DNA of 63,330 nt, the filler included, from Octopus bimaculoides (taxonomy: Eukaryota): assembly GCF_001194135.2 (NCBI RefSeq). It is 5 parts of 5 records of this genome, joined end to end, with 100 filler letters (N's around TTAATTAATTAA, not from the genome) between each part and the next. Parts side by side here need not be neighbours in the genome. Positions count along the whole stretch, not along the records: positions 62,141 to 63,330 come from NW_026363406.1; 4 more parts are not named here. One strand, written 5' to 3'. Shown here in pieces: positions 62,624-63,330 of this stretch (the first letter of the stretch is position 1; the number at the start of each line of letters is the position of its first letter). The position numbers and the translations under genes are program-made. Below the pieces are notes generated by a model. The model made no database searches and was not told where the DNA came from. It saw only the letters and a program-made list of their open reading frames with translations.

Positions 62624-63330
62624 TGTCATAATGAAAGAAAGCAAAAGATTGAAGTCCAGGAATAATTCCAAAAACCATAAAAGAATTTTCTGAAACATCA
62701 AAACCAAGAACTTCACAGACTTCATTATCAATATTCTTGAGGAGTAAATATTTTGGATTATCTTTTAATCTCAGGATTTCATAATCTCTAAATGTCAAGA
62801 TTTCATTATCTTCAGATGTTTCCCTTTCAATATGTCCAGGTATTTCGTAAATGTTGTTGTCTTTATCTGTTAAATAAACACATTCACCAATTATGGCTAA
62901 ATGAGGTCTTGGAATATAATAGTCCTCTCCCAAATCTATTCTTCTTCCTATTCTTATCCTCCTCACCAACGACTTTTTCCTGAACAATTCCACAACACAC
63001 CAATCTTCCCACCATCCAAAATACTGCTCCTTCTTTTCCCTCTCCCTCCTCACAACAACAACATCACCAAAAGATGTGACTCCCACATCATACACCACCC
63101 CTTCATCTCCCTCCAGCCTTCCCCATCTCCCCATCTTCCCCCAACACACTTCATCTTTACATTTCCCATCTTTGATATCAACCACATCCACATAATAGTC
63201 AAAGAAGCTGGGATCATCACAATAATAGTAATCCTTGTTGTTCTTCCATATTCTTTTGTATTTCTTGTCTCTCTCTTCTTGAGTTATGTCTCTAATATAA
63301 TGACCACCACACACGAGTTGATTGTCGTTG
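62619..63330 (-). CDS. 3' part of a coding exon of an unidentified protein, possibly beta-propeller-like; open to the window edge
   Basis: The frame is open from 63329 (NDNQLVCGGHYIRD...) to TAA at 62621-62619, about 236 codons of non-microsatellite sequence in AT-rich DNA. AATAAA overlaps the stop. Repeated short beta-strand-like segments occur (YYVDVVDI, VVYDVGVT, CVVELFR, CVYLTDKDNNIYEI). The product is not recognised. Confidence 0.65.
   Translation of the reverse strand, partial: NDNQLVCGGHYIRDITQEERDKKYKRIWKNNKDYYYCDDPSFFDYYVDVVDIKDGKCKDEVCWGKMGRWGRLEGDEGVVYDVGVTSFGDVVVVRREREKKEQYFGWWEDWCVVELFRKKSLVRRIRIGRRIDLGEDYYIPRPHLAIIGECVYLTDKDNNIYEIPGHIERETSEDNEILTFRDYEILRLKDNPKYLLLKNIDNEVCEVLGFDVSENSFMVFGIIPGLQSFAFFHYDK

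Overview
AT-rich, gap-ridden eukaryotic genomic DNA. The repeat content (tRNA-derived SINEs, RTE LINEs, very dense di- and trinucleotide microsatellites) points to a coleoid cephalopod, probably an Octopus assembly; this is inferred from repeat recognition, not a database search. Genic content I can support: (1) two spliceable minus-strand exons, an EGF exon at 41176-41301 and the N-terminal part of a laminin-G domain at 35918-36155, which join in frame and resemble pikachurin/EGFLAM; (2) the 3' end of an unidentified minus-strand coding exon running off the window edge (62619-63330). The rest is mostly mobile DNA: four SINE families (more than 40 copies or fragments), a 5'-truncated RTE LINE with C2H2 fingers and a 43-bp target-site duplication, further RTE fragments, an L1/Tx1 fragment, a deleted Tc1/mariner element, three piggyBac-type MITEs and a possible Penelope remnant. 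Nearly all ORFs in the supplied track are artefacts of microsatellites, N-gaps or SINEs. The most notable window-scale signal is a block at about 30.2-51.8 kb in which SINE copies have lost their CpGs. It contains the pikachurin exons and is bounded on both sides by artificial 100-nt scaffold linkers (44 N + TTAATTAATTAA + 44 N). I found no CRISPR array, rRNA or genuine tRNA gene, and no convincing novel multi-gene system. SINE and microsatellite boundaries are approximate (about +/-10-20 nt); exon, TIR, TSD and hairpin coordinates were counted by hand.
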